The position numbers and the translations under genes are program-made. 64,000 nucleotides of DNA from Pseudomonadota bacterium (lineage in GTDB: Bacteria; Desulfobacterota; Binatia; Binatales; Binataceae): the NCBI GenBank assembly GCA_021323945.1, contig JAJPKA010000018.1, forward strand, positions 162,853 through 226,852. The letters run 5' to 3'. Each line of letters begins with the position of its first letter. Position 1 is the first letter of the stretch. This document shows, one piece after another, positions 9,136 to 19,661 of the stretch. A model generated the notes under the pieces. The model saw only the letters and a program-made list of their open reading frames with translations, was not told the origin of the DNA and did not search any database.

Positions 9136-10359
9136 ATGAGGTTCCCGACAACCACTCTGCCATTTTCCCTAGGGTCGCTTATTTTGGCGCTGGTGGTGTG
9201 CAGCTGGGGTTGCGTCAAACCGTCGCCGTATCGAATCGCGGAGCGCTATATCGAGAATCTGCGGCAATATAAATACGCGCAATGTTATGCTCTCCTTTCG
9301 GCAAAGGACCGAGAGCAGCGACCCTTGTATCAATTCCTCACTGAGATTCCACTGGCGCCGGAAGTCAGTCCGATTTGGTTTCGCCCGATTTTGCGTGCCA
9401 TGCGTTTCCAACTGAGTGATGAACGTCGCAATTCGGATGGCAGTGCCTATGTAGCTGTGAGAGTGACCGCTCCCGACCTGCCCAGTTGGGAACGTTCACT
9501 CGACGCGAATGCTCGGGACAATGACTCAATAAGCCGACTAGTAGAGCGCTCGCTGGCCGCTGGCACTTACCCCACGATAACCTACGAGGACAGGATTGTC
9601 CTAATAAGGGAATATCATCATTGGCGAGTATTGGTAGGGTTCGAGGCGCGGGACAGTGTTCTCAAGAGGCATCGCCTGGCTCTGAACGATTTCTATGCCG
9701 GACGGCTCGACCAGGCCATTGCCCAATTCAGCTTACTTATTAGAAAGCTGCAGGAAATGCCCGGTACCGGCAATCTGGGAATCGCGGCGCGTTTGCGCTT
9801 GCAGGCTGCCACCTTGCAGCGGCTCAAAGCTGAAGAAAGCGCTCTCGCCGCCTACCGAACCCAGCTCAAGCTCGACCAAGTTGCCATGCGAATGGCAGCG
9901 GAGCGCGTACCCGCAATCTTTGGGACCATTACAAATGGAGGCAATAGGCCAATCGATGAGCTTAGACTGGCCGTAACTTGGTATGAGGGCCGAGGTCGCA
10001 GTCTTAGGGTAGTGCACCGAGAGGAGCACGCGATCGTTGTGACCCCGATTCAGTTCACCGATTTCACGCGTAGGGTAACTCCGTTTTTACCCGGTGAGAA
10101 GCGTCAATTCGGTTTCATTCTGAGCGCGCCTCCCGAGGTGCAGCAGAACGCGACACCGCGTGTGAGTGTTGCCTCGCTCGCGTTTACCGAAATTCCAGCA
10201 GTGCTTCCGATGCTCGCAACGCCTGCGCCCCCGCACACGGCCGGACCCGTGAGCGATTCGGTGCGGCGTTTGCGTGCTACGCCGGCCATGACACCAGGCG
10301 ATGTATCGCTTGCCCCTGACGATCAGACCGGCAAGCTAGCACGCGGAGCCGCGCAATGA
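9136..10359 (+). CDS. Hypothetical lipoprotein (signal peptide with Cys)
   Basis: MRFPTTTLPFSLGSLILALVVCSWGC is a lipoprotein-type signal. I recognise no domain in the remaining ~380 aa. Confidence 0.5.
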   Translation: MRFPTTTLPFSLGSLILALVVCSWGCVKPSPYRIAERYIENLRQYKYAQCYALLSAKDREQRPLYQFLTEIPLAPEVSPIWFRPILRAMRFQLSDERRNSDGSAYVAVRVTAPDLPSWERSLDANARDNDSISRLVERSLAAGTYPTITYEDRIVLIREYHHWRVLVGFEARDSVLKRHRLALNDFYAGRLDQAIAQFSLLIRKLQEMPGTGNLGIAARLRLQAATLQRLKAEESALAAYRTQLKLDQVAMRMAAERVPAIFGTITNGGNRPIDELRLAVTWYEGRGRSLRVVHREEHAIVVTPIQFTDFTRRVTPFLPGEKRQFGFILSAPPEVQQNATPRVSVASLAFTEIPAVLPMLATPAPPHTAGPVSDSVRRLRATPAMTPGDVSLAPDDQTGKLARGAAQ

Positions 10360-10390
10360 TGGGGGAGCCGCGACCTGGGGGAGCGCCACT

Positions 10391-11329
10391 TTGCCAACTC
10401 TGGTTACGATAGCCGTGCCCACTTATAATCGGCGGCATCTCCTCGAAAAGACGCTGGCGAGTATAGCAGCCATAGAGTTGCCCAGCGGGGTCAACGCCGA
10501 GTGCATCGTTGTCGATAATCGTTCGACCGACGATACCCGTCAGTTGGTCGCGGAATTTAGCACCCGCTCCGTATTTCCGACCAACTACGTGTACGAAGAG
10601 AGACCGGGTTCCAGCCACGCGCGCAATCGGGCCGTAGAGGAAGCGCATGGAGAGTTTATCCTTTTTATTGACGATGACGCGGTGGCTGAGCCGAGCTGGG
10701 TCGCTGAGATGCTGAGCGAAATGCAGCGTCGTCAGCTCGACGTAGCTTGCGGCATGGTAGTGCCGCAGTGGTGCCAAACACCTCCTCGCTGGCTCGGGCC
10801 GAGCCTCTACGCGCGCCTAGCAATTCACGACGCCGCGCGACTCCTCAGCGCTGAACCGGCCGAACGTAACAAGATTCATAATTATTTCAGCGCGAACGTT
10901 GGTTTCCGACGGCGAGTCTTCGAACGATTCGGCGGATTTCGAGCGGATTTGGGCGTAGTCGGGAGCAATCCGATCTCGGGGGAAGACACCGAATTATTCA
11001 CCCGCATCGTAGCGGGTGGAGGGCTTATCGGTTTCGCACCACGTGCTCGCGTCCGTCATATCATTCCAGCTGAGCGGATGCGGCGCTATTACCTGTGGCG
11101 AAAGAGTTTTGCCTTTGGTTATGGCAGTGCCCTGCTTGGCGGCCGCACCCATAATCACCTCGACAAGCTCGCGCGCAATGCAGTTCGTTTGCTAGCGGCG
11201 GCGGCGCGGGGTAATGGTGAACGTGTCGTCTATCATGCACTGGAATGTGCTAACTTTTTGGGATATGTACGCGGGCGCTTGGATGTGAGGCTGGCTCGAA
11301 GTCGTGCCGATGGTCGCTCGAGTCGCTAG
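10391..11329 (+). CDS. Glycosyltransferase family 2
   Basis: VTIAVPTYNRRHLLEKTLASI, VVDNRSTDDT and FIDDDAV motifs are canonical GT2 (GT-A, DxD). Confidence 0.75.
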   Translation: MPTLVTIAVPTYNRRHLLEKTLASIAAIELPSGVNAECIVVDNRSTDDTRQLVAEFSTRSVFPTNYVYEERPGSSHARNRAVEEAHGEFILFIDDDAVAEPSWVAEMLSEMQRRQLDVACGMVVPQWCQTPPRWLGPSLYARLAIHDAARLLSAEPAERNKIHNYFSANVGFRRRVFERFGGFRADLGVVGSNPISGEDTELFTRIVAGGGLIGFAPRARVRHIIPAERMRRYYLWRKSFAFGYGSALLGGRTHNHLDKLARNAVRLLAAAARGNGERVVYHALECANFLGYVRGRLDVRLARSRADGRSSR

Positions 11330-11352
11330 CAGCTTAAGGAGTCCCGTAAGAT

Positions 11353-12294
11353 TCAGCGACGGGTGAGTTTATCGATCTCCCCGAGATCCTCATTGGTCAG
11401 CTTCCACGAAGACGCCTTGACATTTTCGCTCACTTGTTCGGGACGCGTGGCACCGCAAATCACACTGGCTACCTGAGGCTGCGCTGCGAGCCAGCTCACG
11501 GCGAGCTCGAGCAGGGTGTGCCCGCGCTCCTTTACGAACGTTTCCAACTTCTGGAGTGTCGCGAAATTTTCTTCAGTCAACACCTGATCGGCTAAGCGCT
11601 GGGTGGAGGCCAGGCGTGTACCCTTCGGAGGTGGCGTATGGGGACGATACTTGCCAGTAAGAAAACCGCTGGCCAATGGAAAATAAGGCACAAGGCCGAT
11701 ATTGAAGTGCTGGCACGCCGGAATTAATTCGCGCTCGATCGAACGGTCCAGCAAATTGTATTGATTTTGGGCGCAGATGTAGGAGGTCAGGTGACATTCG
11801 CGTGAGATACTCAGCGCATTAACCAACTGCCAACCTGAGTAATTGCTACAGCCGATGTAACGAACCTTGCCTGATCGCACCAGGATGTCGAATGCTTCCA
11901 AAGTTTCCTGCTCGGGAGTCGAGGGATCGGGAGTGTGAATGTAGTAGAGGTCGATATAGTCTGTATTGAGGCGGCGCAAACTGGCTTCACACGCTGCGAT
12001 GATATGGCGCCGAGAGGCGCCAGTGTTATAGGGTCCCTCGCCCATTGCCATCCCGACTTTGGTGGCCAGCACGACGTCGTGGCGACGGTTGCCCAATATT
12101 TTGCCAAGCATCTCTTCGGAACGGCCGCGGCCGCCGTAGATATTAGCCTCATCAAAAAAAGAAATGCCCTCGTCCAAAGCTTTGTGCACTACTTCGCGGG
12201 CTTGCTCAAAGTCGATTCGCATCCCGAAATTGTTGCAGCCAAGTCCCGCAAGAGATACTTTCAGACCGGATTTGCCAAGATTGCGAAATTCCAT
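11353..12294 (-). CDS. Aldo/keto reductase
   Basis: MEFRNLGKSGLKVSLAGLGCNNFG...DEANIYGGRGRSEEMLG and the C-terminal region match the AKR superfamily (Tas/YajO-like). Confidence 0.85.
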   Translation of the reverse strand: MEFRNLGKSGLKVSLAGLGCNNFGMRIDFEQAREVVHKALDEGISFFDEANIYGGRGRSEEMLGKILGNRRHDVVLATKVGMAMGEGPYNTGASRRHIIAACEASLRRLNTDYIDLYYIHTPDPSTPEQETLEAFDILVRSGKVRYIGCSNYSGWQLVNALSISRECHLTSYICAQNQYNLLDRSIERELIPACQHFNIGLVPYFPLASGFLTGKYRPHTPPPKGTRLASTQRLADQVLTEENFATLQKLETFVKERGHTLLELAVSWLAAQPQVASVICGATRPEQVSENVKASSWKLTNEDLGEIDKLTRR

Positions 12295-12631
12295 CTGCTT
12301 TCACCGGAATCATAACTCAGGATTCACAACTGCTTGGGGGCTCGCTCGAGCGATGCGGGTCTCGTGGGACCCGCGCTTCATCGCTCTGCTACCGGGTGCT
12401 GCCCCACAGAAAAAAAGCAGCAGGCAACCGAGCAGCGGTGCCATGTCGAGATTTAAAGCATCTGGCCGCCTTCGCGTGCAAGCATTAAAGGCGGCACCGA
12501 CAGCGACTCGATTTGGGTCCGCGCCGACATTTGACAGAAGGCCAAGATTCCTGCGAAACAAACCCTGGGCTGGCGGCCACGAACCAATGCACAACGCGAC
12601 GGGGGCGCCCAGACGACAGAGGAGAAGCACG

Positions 12632-13819
12632 GTGGACTTCAGATTCAGTGAAGAAGACGAGGCTTTTCGCCACGACTTCAGGCGCTGGCTCGAGGCTAAC
12701 TTGCCGCGCGATTGGCGGGATGACGGCGAATTACACGACCCAGAGACCAAGGAGGAATTCGAGCGACGCCGAGCGTGGCATCGTAAGCTTTACGACGCGG
12801 GCTGGATGTGCATCCATTGGCCCAAAGAATACGGGGGTCGCGGCGCAAGCCTTATTCAGCAGTTCATCTATCATCAGGAGCTCGAGCGGGTTAAGGCACC
12901 CCCGACCGTGAACTTTCAGGGCATAGCCCGCGTCGGGCCGACCCTGATGCAGTGGGGCACGTCTGAACAGAAACGGCGCTATCTGCCCAAAATACCACCA
13001 GCCGAGGAGATCTGGTGTCAAGGTTTGTCCGAGCCTAATCACGGCTCCGACCTGGCCGCGGTCGAGACTCGCGCTGTGGACGAGGGTGACCACTTCGTCG
13101 TCAACGGCTGCAAGGTGTGGACCTCCAACGCGCATCATGCGGATTTTACCACCTTGCTATGCCGGACGGATCCGAGCCTGCCGAAGCACAAAGGTTTGAG
13201 CTATCTGCTCGTTGACATGCGCAGCCCCGGGATCACTGTTCGCCCATTGGTGCAAATCACCGGCGAACGAGCCTTCAACCAGGTTTTTTTCGAAGACGTC
13301 AGGGTTCCCAAGACCAACTTGGTGGGCGAGAAGAACCAGGGCTGGCTAGTCGCCATGACCAACATGATGTTCGAGCGCACGATTCACGGTGGTCGCACGG
13401 ATATGATGGTGGAAGTGCGTCAAGTTGTCGAACTGGCCAAAAAGGTCAATTGGAACGGACGTCCAGCCTGGGAGGATGAATACGTTCGACAGCAAATCGC
13501 ACGATTTGCCTGCGAAGCTGAAGGCCTCAAGTACACCAGTTTGCGGCAGCTCACCAGGCAATTGAAAGGATTACCACCCGGTCCCGAAGGCTCAATCATG
13601 AAGCTCGCAACCAGCGACCTCAACCTGCGTCTGCAGATGTTCGCAATGCAGTTGCTCGGACCATATAGCCAATTCGAGTACCGCGCACCGGGCGCTATTG
13701 ATCACGGCAAATGGTCGCATCGAATGCTCGCGGCAAGGCGTGCGACGATCGCAGCCGGAACCAACGAAATCCAGCACAATATCATCGGTGAGCGCGTTCT
13801 GGGACTCCCGAAAGGCTAG
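12632..13819 (+). CDS. Acyl-CoA dehydrogenase family protein
   Basis: DFRFSEEDEAFRHDFRRWL N-terminus and CQGLSEPNHGSDLAAVETRA match ACAD. Start placed at GTG 12632, which has GGAGA 6 nt upstream; alternative ATG at 12578. The annotated 12164 extension overlaps the AKR gene and is rejected. Confidence 0.8.
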   Translation: MDFRFSEEDEAFRHDFRRWLEANLPRDWRDDGELHDPETKEEFERRRAWHRKLYDAGWMCIHWPKEYGGRGASLIQQFIYHQELERVKAPPTVNFQGIARVGPTLMQWGTSEQKRRYLPKIPPAEEIWCQGLSEPNHGSDLAAVETRAVDEGDHFVVNGCKVWTSNAHHADFTTLLCRTDPSLPKHKGLSYLLVDMRSPGITVRPLVQITGERAFNQVFFEDVRVPKTNLVGEKNQGWLVAMTNMMFERTIHGGRTDMMVEVRQVVELAKKVNWNGRPAWEDEYVRQQIARFACEAEGLKYTSLRQLTRQLKGLPPGPEGSIMKLATSDLNLRLQMFAMQLLGPYSQFEYRAPGAIDHGKWSHRMLAARRATIAAGTNEIQHNIIGERVLGLPKG

Positions 13820-13923
13820 AGGCCTCCGCCGGACAGCCCATTGCTACCCAAACAGCCGTAGATGCCTTCGACCCAGGAGGGCGCGGGTCAGAGCCAATAA
13901 GGCGGCGCGCGCATGTTCTGCGC

Positions 13924-15222
13924 TCACTCGAGGCTGCCGGCCGGATCATCGAGTGCCGGCGAGGGCAGGGGAGGATGCGAGCGACGGGCTGACCATAACC
14001 GCTTGAGCCACACCGAGATCAGCAGCGGAATTTCCAAGGCGGTAGGCAATAAGTCGTCGATAGCGAAAACTGCCGGTTGTGTTCGCAAGAACAAACCGCG
14101 AGCGTACGATTTGGGAGAAACCATGCCCTTCCAGATTCCGGCCGTGGCCGCCGGAATATCGGTCACCAGCCGCATCCATCGGCATCCGCTAGCGGCATGG
14201 ATTTCTGTAATGGGCTGCTTGTAAGCGAGTCGCCAGAACAGGTAAGGGAAATCTATTCCGGCCTGTAGGCCGATCGTATGCCAGCCCCAAACACGCGGGT
14301 TTACGTCTAGAATCTTGTATTGCCCATCGCGGGGGTCCTGTTTAAACTCCACCTCAACCAAGCCAGTAAAACGCAAAGCCTGCAGAAATCTGCGGGCATC
14401 ATGCTCAACTCTACTGTTCTCAATGGTCTCGACGTACGAACTCGACCGACCGAAAGCGGTTGGGTATTGACGTAAACGCCGAGCCGTCACGGTAGCCAAC
14501 GGTTTCCCGTCGACACAAAGCGCACCGAAGGCGAACTGATACTCGCCGCAGCCTGGAATCATTTCTTGAATCATGACGGCGTGTGAGCCGACGAGCTTGC
14601 ACGCTTCTTCGTAGCGATCCAAGAGCTGTTCGCGGTTGCGCACCAGCCAGGCTTTGGCCCGGGTGAAGCTATTATCGTTCTCTTTAAATGCTGGTTTGAG
14701 AATTGCCGGAAATGGGAAGTCCAGTGATGCCACTTCCTCAGGACTGCGGGCACATGCTGTGCGAGGGAAGCCGATTTTTAGCGCACGCGCCAGCCTGTAC
14801 GTGAGTCGCTTATCGTATGCCCATTTGAGTACCTTCCAGGGTGAAGTGGCCAACGTGAAGTACTGACCCAGAAAGTTTTGATGCCGGGCAATTAGAGCAG
14901 CATGACCATCGTCGGTAGGTACTAAAAGCCAGTGGCGCAAACGAAACTCGGATGCGAGTTGGGTCAGAAAGCGAAGCTGCGCTGATTCTTCCTGAGGCCA
15001 CGCAAAATGCCTCAGGGCGTACCGCGATTTGGCAGCGATCGATTGCTGGCCGACCAATACCCATACCGGTATGCCCTGGCGCCCCAGACTGCGGACCACC
15101 GTCAGTCCTCTGTAGTCTGCGCCGATTACAATTGCTCCCGGTTTTTCAGCGGCCTCGACGGACTTCGAGTCGCCAGGTTGCGATGGGGCTGCACTAGCCA
15201 AAGCGGCTAACCCCCAAAACAT
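13924..15222 (-). CDS. ATP-grasp domain ligase (pre-ATP-grasp + ATP-grasp, carboxylate-amine ligase type)
   Basis: 432 aa. N-terminal Rossmann-like region GAIVIGADYRGLTVVRSLGRQGIPVWVL, central ILKPAFKENDNS...AVMIQEMIPG ATP-grasp fold and the C-terminal EVEFKQDPRDGQYKILDVNPR Mg/ATP motif. Overlaps the upstream gene by 29 nt. Confidence 0.7.
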   Translation of the reverse strand: MFWGLAALASAAPSQPGDSKSVEAAEKPGAIVIGADYRGLTVVRSLGRQGIPVWVLVGQQSIAAKSRYALRHFAWPQEESAQLRFLTQLASEFRLRHWLLVPTDDGHAALIARHQNFLGQYFTLATSPWKVLKWAYDKRLTYRLARALKIGFPRTACARSPEEVASLDFPFPAILKPAFKENDNSFTRAKAWLVRNREQLLDRYEEACKLVGSHAVMIQEMIPGCGEYQFAFGALCVDGKPLATVTARRLRQYPTAFGRSSSYVETIENSRVEHDARRFLQALRFTGLVEVEFKQDPRDGQYKILDVNPRVWGWHTIGLQAGIDFPYLFWRLAYKQPITEIHAASGCRWMRLVTDIPAATAGIWKGMVSPKSYARGLFLRTQPAVFAIDDLLPTALEIPLLISVWLKRLWSARRSHPPLPSPALDDPAGSLE

Positions 15223-16438
15223 AATTGATCAGTGCACGCGAACTGTACTCGGTGCCGGAAACAAACCGCATCAGGGGGCCGAAGCTCCAGGCCCCACAAG
15301 CACCGAGAAAGTGCAAACCCGAAACCGAAGATTCCAAGCCAGGGCCCAAAACCGGATATCCCTGGACACGGTCAACGGCGCCCAACAGCTGCGGTGCGAG
15401 GAATTCATAGCGGGAAATATCAACCCGATATCCGGTGGCCAAGATGGCGTGATCCACCATCCGCCGAGTTCCGTCGCTCAAAGTTAGTTGAAGCCGACCG
15501 TTCAGCTTTTCGGCCTTACTGATCTCGCGGCCAGTGGTAATAGTCACCCGGCTCAACCGCGGCTTGACCCACGCCGCGCCGGCCGGCCGGATTGCCCTCC
15601 TTACCATCCAGTCGCGCAATCGCGAAGGGAACAGCTTCAGCAGCCTAGGGCGCGAAACAACGTGGGTGAGTATCGGCGGTCCCACATCAGCTCGAGAGCG
15701 CAGCAGCCGATCGGCACCAGTCAGGTCACGTCGCAACCTCGCTTTTCCGGTCAACCAGTAAATGCGCGGGTTTCTAGCGATGAGCTCCACTTGCGCCCCC
15801 GCCTCGCTCAACAGCGCGGCACTTTCGAGTGCACTCTGGCCCCCGCCCACTACGACGACGCTTCGTCCAGCAAAACCGGTGAAATCGCGATGTTGCGAGG
15901 AATGCGTAACCAATTCTTCTGCTAAGCGCACAGAGTCGAAAACCTGCGGTGTGTACGCGAAGGCCTCGATACCGGCAGCGATTATCACGCGGTCGACGCA
16001 GTAGCGTTCGCCGTCTTCCAGGAGTAATGCGAATTCTCTTCCATTGTGTTCGAGTCGCAGTACACGTCGCCGCTGGACGTCGGGAATACCCTGGCTCTGG
16101 AACCACATCCCATAACCAAGGAAGTGACGAAGAGGGATCGGAAGCGAAATCTCCAGCCGATGCTCACGCTCGTACGCATCCAGACTAAGGGCGTGGGCAG
16201 GGTCGGAGATGTTCGAAGCGTACCAGGCGGAACGCAACATCATTCCCTGCGGCATACGGGATTGCCAGAATCCCATCGGTTCACCGAAGACGACCGACTT
16301 GACTCCGGCGGCCCTCAAGTAAGCTGCCGCCGAGAGGCCATACGGGCCAGCGCCAATAACCGCGACCCGTTGCTGCGCGTACTTGGGCACAGCAATCGTG
16401 ATCGACGAACCGTTTGAGATAGCCGCTGCGCGATTCAT
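15194..16438 (-). CDS. FAD/NAD(P)-binding oxidoreductase (flavin monooxygenase / pyridine nucleotide-disulfide oxidoreductase-like)
   Basis: Two dinucleotide-binding motifs: VAVIGAGPYGLSAAAYL (FAD) and VVVVGGGQSALESAALL (NAD(P)), arranged as in class-B flavin monooxygenases / N-hydroxylases. Confidence 0.65.
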   Translation of the reverse strand: MNRAAAISNGSSITIAVPKYAQQRVAVIGAGPYGLSAAAYLRAAGVKSVVFGEPMGFWQSRMPQGMMLRSAWYASNISDPAHALSLDAYEREHRLEISLPIPLRHFLGYGMWFQSQGIPDVQRRRVLRLEHNGREFALLLEDGERYCVDRVIIAAGIEAFAYTPQVFDSVRLAEELVTHSSQHRDFTGFAGRSVVVVGGGQSALESAALLSEAGAQVELIARNPRIYWLTGKARLRRDLTGADRLLRSRADVGPPILTHVVSRPRLLKLFPSRLRDWMVRRAIRPAGAAWVKPRLSRVTITTGREISKAEKLNGRLQLTLSDGTRRMVDHAILATGYRVDISRYEFLAPQLLGAVDRVQGYPVLGPGLESSVSGLHFLGACGAWSFGPLMRFVSGTEYSSRALINYVLGVSRFG

Positions 16439-16832
16439 TTGGTGTTCGAATAACAGGTCCCGACGCCTATACGCTTAGATGGAATTTTGACCTCTCTCTT
16501 TATCGCTTCGCCCTACAGCTGAAATCTGGCGCGACGACCTTTCCCTGGCCAGTTTCATTGAGAGGCTCCTATCGTGCGTCGTCAGCGATTTGCGTTTGCC
16601 TAGCAACCCTCGGCTTCGGGCGGCGAATTGCGAATAATAGTTTCATCCGTCGCCACACGACGATTATAGCCGCTCAAAAAAGTGTACTGGAGACGAATCA
16701 TCTTCAAAACAACCAGCGTCTTGATCGTCAGGATTGCTCACCTGTCCTCGCATTTGCGACCTCTTAAGGTTTCCGGCTCATTCTCAGACGTGAAGCGATT
16801 TTCTGTGTCAGGGCAAAGCCAGGACAGTACCA

Positions 16833-18665
16833 TTACACATTGCGCAGACGTTCGAGGTCGATTGGATGGCCCACCCGCTGGCGGAGCGTGTTAACCTCGT
16901 ACGACGTCGAGTTCTTTCGCTGAACCAAAAAATTATCAAGAAAAAGAAAATCTATGCCGCAATTCAGAAAGGTTTCGAGCGCCTGCTGGGGAGTATTGAC
17001 TATTGGCTGTCCCTTGACATTGAAACTCGTGTTGAGAACCATTTCTCGCCCGGTCACCCGCCCAACTGCCTCAAGCAATGTGTGAAAAGCATGATTATCT
17101 TCGGGCGAGACCGTTTGCAGGCGCGCCGAACCATCAACATGAGTGACGGCGGGCAATGTGCTGCGATGGGCTTCGCGCACGTCGACCGTCGTGATCATAT
17201 ACGGGAGCTCCACGCCGGGAGCTATATCGAACCAGCGAGGCGCTTCCCGCAATGTCACTGCGGGTGCAAACGGCCGAAACGCTTCTCGCATCTTGACCAT
17301 CGCATTTATTCGGTGACGCATATCGGGATCGCCTGGGTCGGCGAGAATACTGCGATGACCGAGTGCGCGCGGCCCAAATTCCATGCGTCCGCGGTACCAG
17401 CCCACGACGCAACCGCCCGCGATGAGTCGAGCAGCCGCCTGCGCAGCTTCGCTCAATCCGCCTAGCTCAACGTAATCGATCCGGTCGCGGAATCTCGCGA
17501 GTGTCTCAACAATGACCCGCTGGCCGTAGCTCGGGCCAAGAAATGGCACCGGAAGTCGCTTATTCTTGATTTCTCCGTGAACTGAAGCTCGAAAAGCGGC
17601 GGCACCTAATGCTGCACCGTCGTCGCCTGCTGCTGGTTGGACGAAGATTTCGTCAAACGCGCCGCTCCGGAGGATGCGACCATTTGCCGTACAGTTCAGC
17701 GCCACTCCACCTGCTAATGCCAGTCGTCGGAGTCCGGTCTTTCTGCCAAACGAGGTGCAGATGTGTAGCATCACTCGATCAAGGCATTGTTGCAGTGCTG
17801 CGGCGACGTCGCGATGGTCCTGGGTAATGTCGTCTTCGGGCTGCCGGGGTTTGACCAACTCCGCTTCGAGCTTACGTCTGGTCGCCGCGTAAGTCTGACG
17901 TTCCGCTGGCGAGCGATTAAGATGGAGAATCGGGACAGAGACGGTCCCGTCGGGATTCAGCTGGACCGCCTTTTCAAAAAATGAACGGAAGCGCTGCGGA
18001 TCACCATAAGGCGCCAGTCCCATTATCTTGTATTCGTCCGCGTTAAAGTCAAAACCGAGGTGTAAGGTCACAACCGAATATAAGATGCCGATCGAATCGC
18101 GGGCTGGAACTTCAATGAGCTTTTGAAGTTTGCCGTCACTCGCTCGGTAGACTGACGCGCTTTGACTTTCGCCCATTCCGTCGATTACCAAGACCAGGCA
18201 TTCGTCCCAGCCCGAGCAGAAATAAGCGCTGGCCGCATGGGCCAGATGATGATCGACATGATGCACTTTCTGGCGCGGGAAACCCTCCAGACATCGCGCG
18301 ACCTGGGCAGCAACCGCATCTGGAGCAAGCACCTCACGATAAAGACGCGCATTCAGGGGATCAAGCGAATAAGCGATCCGGTGGGGACCATAGTTGAAGC
18401 CGTGGACCACCTCGTCGATCGCCTCCAGGGACAGTCCGGCTTCTGCCAGGCAATACTCAATTGCACGTATGGGAAAGGCGCCGCTGTGTTTGCGACGATT
18501 GAACCGCTCCTCAGCGGCGGCCGCGACTATTTCCCCGTCAACGAACAGCGCTGCTGCCGCATCAAGGCCTTGGACAATGCGATACTCACGTTCCGATAAG
18601 CCGGGCCAATGCTGCTGCTTGAACCGGACCGAACCATCAAATCCACTGAATCCCAGAATTTTCAT
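16833..18665 (-). CDS. Carbamoyltransferase, NodU/CmcH/TobZ family
   Basis: MKILGFSGFDGSVRF...AAAEERFNRRKHSGAFP...HHLAHAASAYF is the Carbam_trans_N signature, and the conserved C-terminal domain is present. Start moved to the internal ATG (MKILGF). Confidence 0.85.
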   Translation of the reverse strand: MKILGFSGFDGSVRFKQQHWPGLSEREYRIVQGLDAAAALFVDGEIVAAAAEERFNRRKHSGAFPIRAIEYCLAEAGLSLEAIDEVVHGFNYGPHRIAYSLDPLNARLYREVLAPDAVAAQVARCLEGFPRQKVHHVDHHLAHAASAYFCSGWDECLVLVIDGMGESQSASVYRASDGKLQKLIEVPARDSIGILYSVVTLHLGFDFNADEYKIMGLAPYGDPQRFRSFFEKAVQLNPDGTVSVPILHLNRSPAERQTYAATRRKLEAELVKPRQPEDDITQDHRDVAAALQQCLDRVMLHICTSFGRKTGLRRLALAGGVALNCTANGRILRSGAFDEIFVQPAAGDDGAALGAAAFRASVHGEIKNKRLPVPFLGPSYGQRVIVETLARFRDRIDYVELGGLSEAAQAAARLIAGGCVVGWYRGRMEFGPRALGHRSILADPGDPDMRHRINAMVKMREAFRPFAPAVTLREAPRWFDIAPGVELPYMITTVDVREAHRSTLPAVTHVDGSARLQTVSPEDNHAFHTLLEAVGRVTGREMVLNTSFNVKGQPIVNTPQQALETFLNCGIDFLFLDNFLVQRKNSTSYEVNTLRQRVGHPIDLERLRNV

Positions 18666-18709
18666 ATTGGCACGTTGGCTAAGACCCAAGTATCACTGTC
18701 ACGTGAATC

Positions 18710-19333
18710 TCACGTATCGGGGCAACTCGTTTCGCGTGTGAGCTCACTGGCCTTTGGGACTGCATCGGCTGCCGATGCGCGTGGTTCGAGCGGCTTGAGA
18801 TTCTGATAGAAGACCTTGAGCGGAGTGTCCCATGTCAGCGGTACACCGCAACGGGCAACGGGTTGGGCCGGGTTACCACGCACCATGGTCATAGGTGGGA
18901 CAGAGCGGCTCACGACACTTCCAGCCGTAACCACGGCGCCTCTGCCCAGCCGCACATTGGGTAGGATGATCGCTCCGGGTCCAATATAGACGTCATCCTC
19001 AATACGAACTGAAACGTAGTCCTTTTCGTCTGTTTCGGGTGGCGGCAATGTGTGCATGTGAGCGAGGATCATGCAACGTGCGCCCAGTTGGACATTATTG
19101 CCCACTGATACCCAGTGAGGGTAGGCGGTTTCTATCAAAACATCGGTAGCCACATGGACCCGCTTCCCCATTGCTACACCACGCATTCGATGAGCCCATA
19201 CACGAAAGGTGAACGCGCCGGGCATTGACCTCGCCAGGATTTGCAACAGGCGGTTCTTGATCCCGACGATCAGCCGCTCGCCGGGCATCGCACGCAGCTT
19301 GTAGCCGGCCTGTGATTGGTCGCGCGGGTTCAT
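18710..19333 (-). CDS. Hexapeptide-repeat acyl/acetyltransferase (left-handed beta-helix; WcaF/NodL/LpxA-like)
   Basis: Repeating [LIV]G..xx hexads in VSVGNNVQLGARCMI...VYIGPGAIILPNVRLGRGAVVTAGSVV. Start at MNPRDQ (19333). Confidence 0.8.
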   Translation of the reverse strand: MNPRDQSQAGYKLRAMPGERLIVGIKNRLLQILARSMPGAFTFRVWAHRMRGVAMGKRVHVATDVLIETAYPHWVSVGNNVQLGARCMILAHMHTLPPPETDEKDYVSVRIEDDVYIGPGAIILPNVRLGRGAVVTAGSVVSRSVPPMTMVRGNPAQPVARCGVPLTWDTPLKVFYQNLKPLEPRASAADAVPKASELTRETSCPDT

Positions 19334-19367
19334 GCCAACTTCTCGACGAACATTTCCTGCGTCGGCC

Positions 19368-19661
19368 TTATGCACTGCGCCGCATTTGCGCCGAGTGCAA
19401 ATATTGGCTCTCGATGTAACGGGAAAGAGGTCCCAGAGTGGTCAGCTGCTCGGGGTCGAGCTCCGACAAGTCGATGGTGATCTCAAGCTCCCGCTCCAGT
19501 GCAGCAATCAATTCGACAATGCCCAGCGAGTCGATGAGTCCCGAAGTTAGGAGGTCGAAGTCATCGGTGAGCTCTGCAGGGACGAGCCCCATCTCAGCAA
19601 TCGAGGACCCTAGATGTCGTAGGATGAGCGATCTGACGTATTCTCCGGAACCGCAACTCAT
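19368..19661 (-). CDS. Acyl/peptidyl carrier protein (phosphopantetheine attachment site)
   Basis: 97 aa. GLIDSLGIVELIAALERE contains the DSL Ser attachment motif within a four-helix ACP-like layout. Its ATG overlaps the stop of the upstream adenylation gene (ATGA). Confidence 0.75.
   Translation of the reverse strand: MSCGSGEYVRSLILRHLGSSIAEMGLVPAELTDDFDLLTSGLIDSLGIVELIAALERELEITIDLSELDPEQLTTLGPLSRYIESQYLHSAQMRRSA

Noticed and set aside
12164-12631. 5' extension of the acyl-CoA dehydrogenase ORF, giving 551 aa
   Set aside because: The extension overlaps the aldo/keto reductase gene on the other strand and is Arg/Ser-rich junk. The conserved ACAD N-terminus (DFRFSEEDEAF) begins right after GTG 12632, which has a GGAGA SD.
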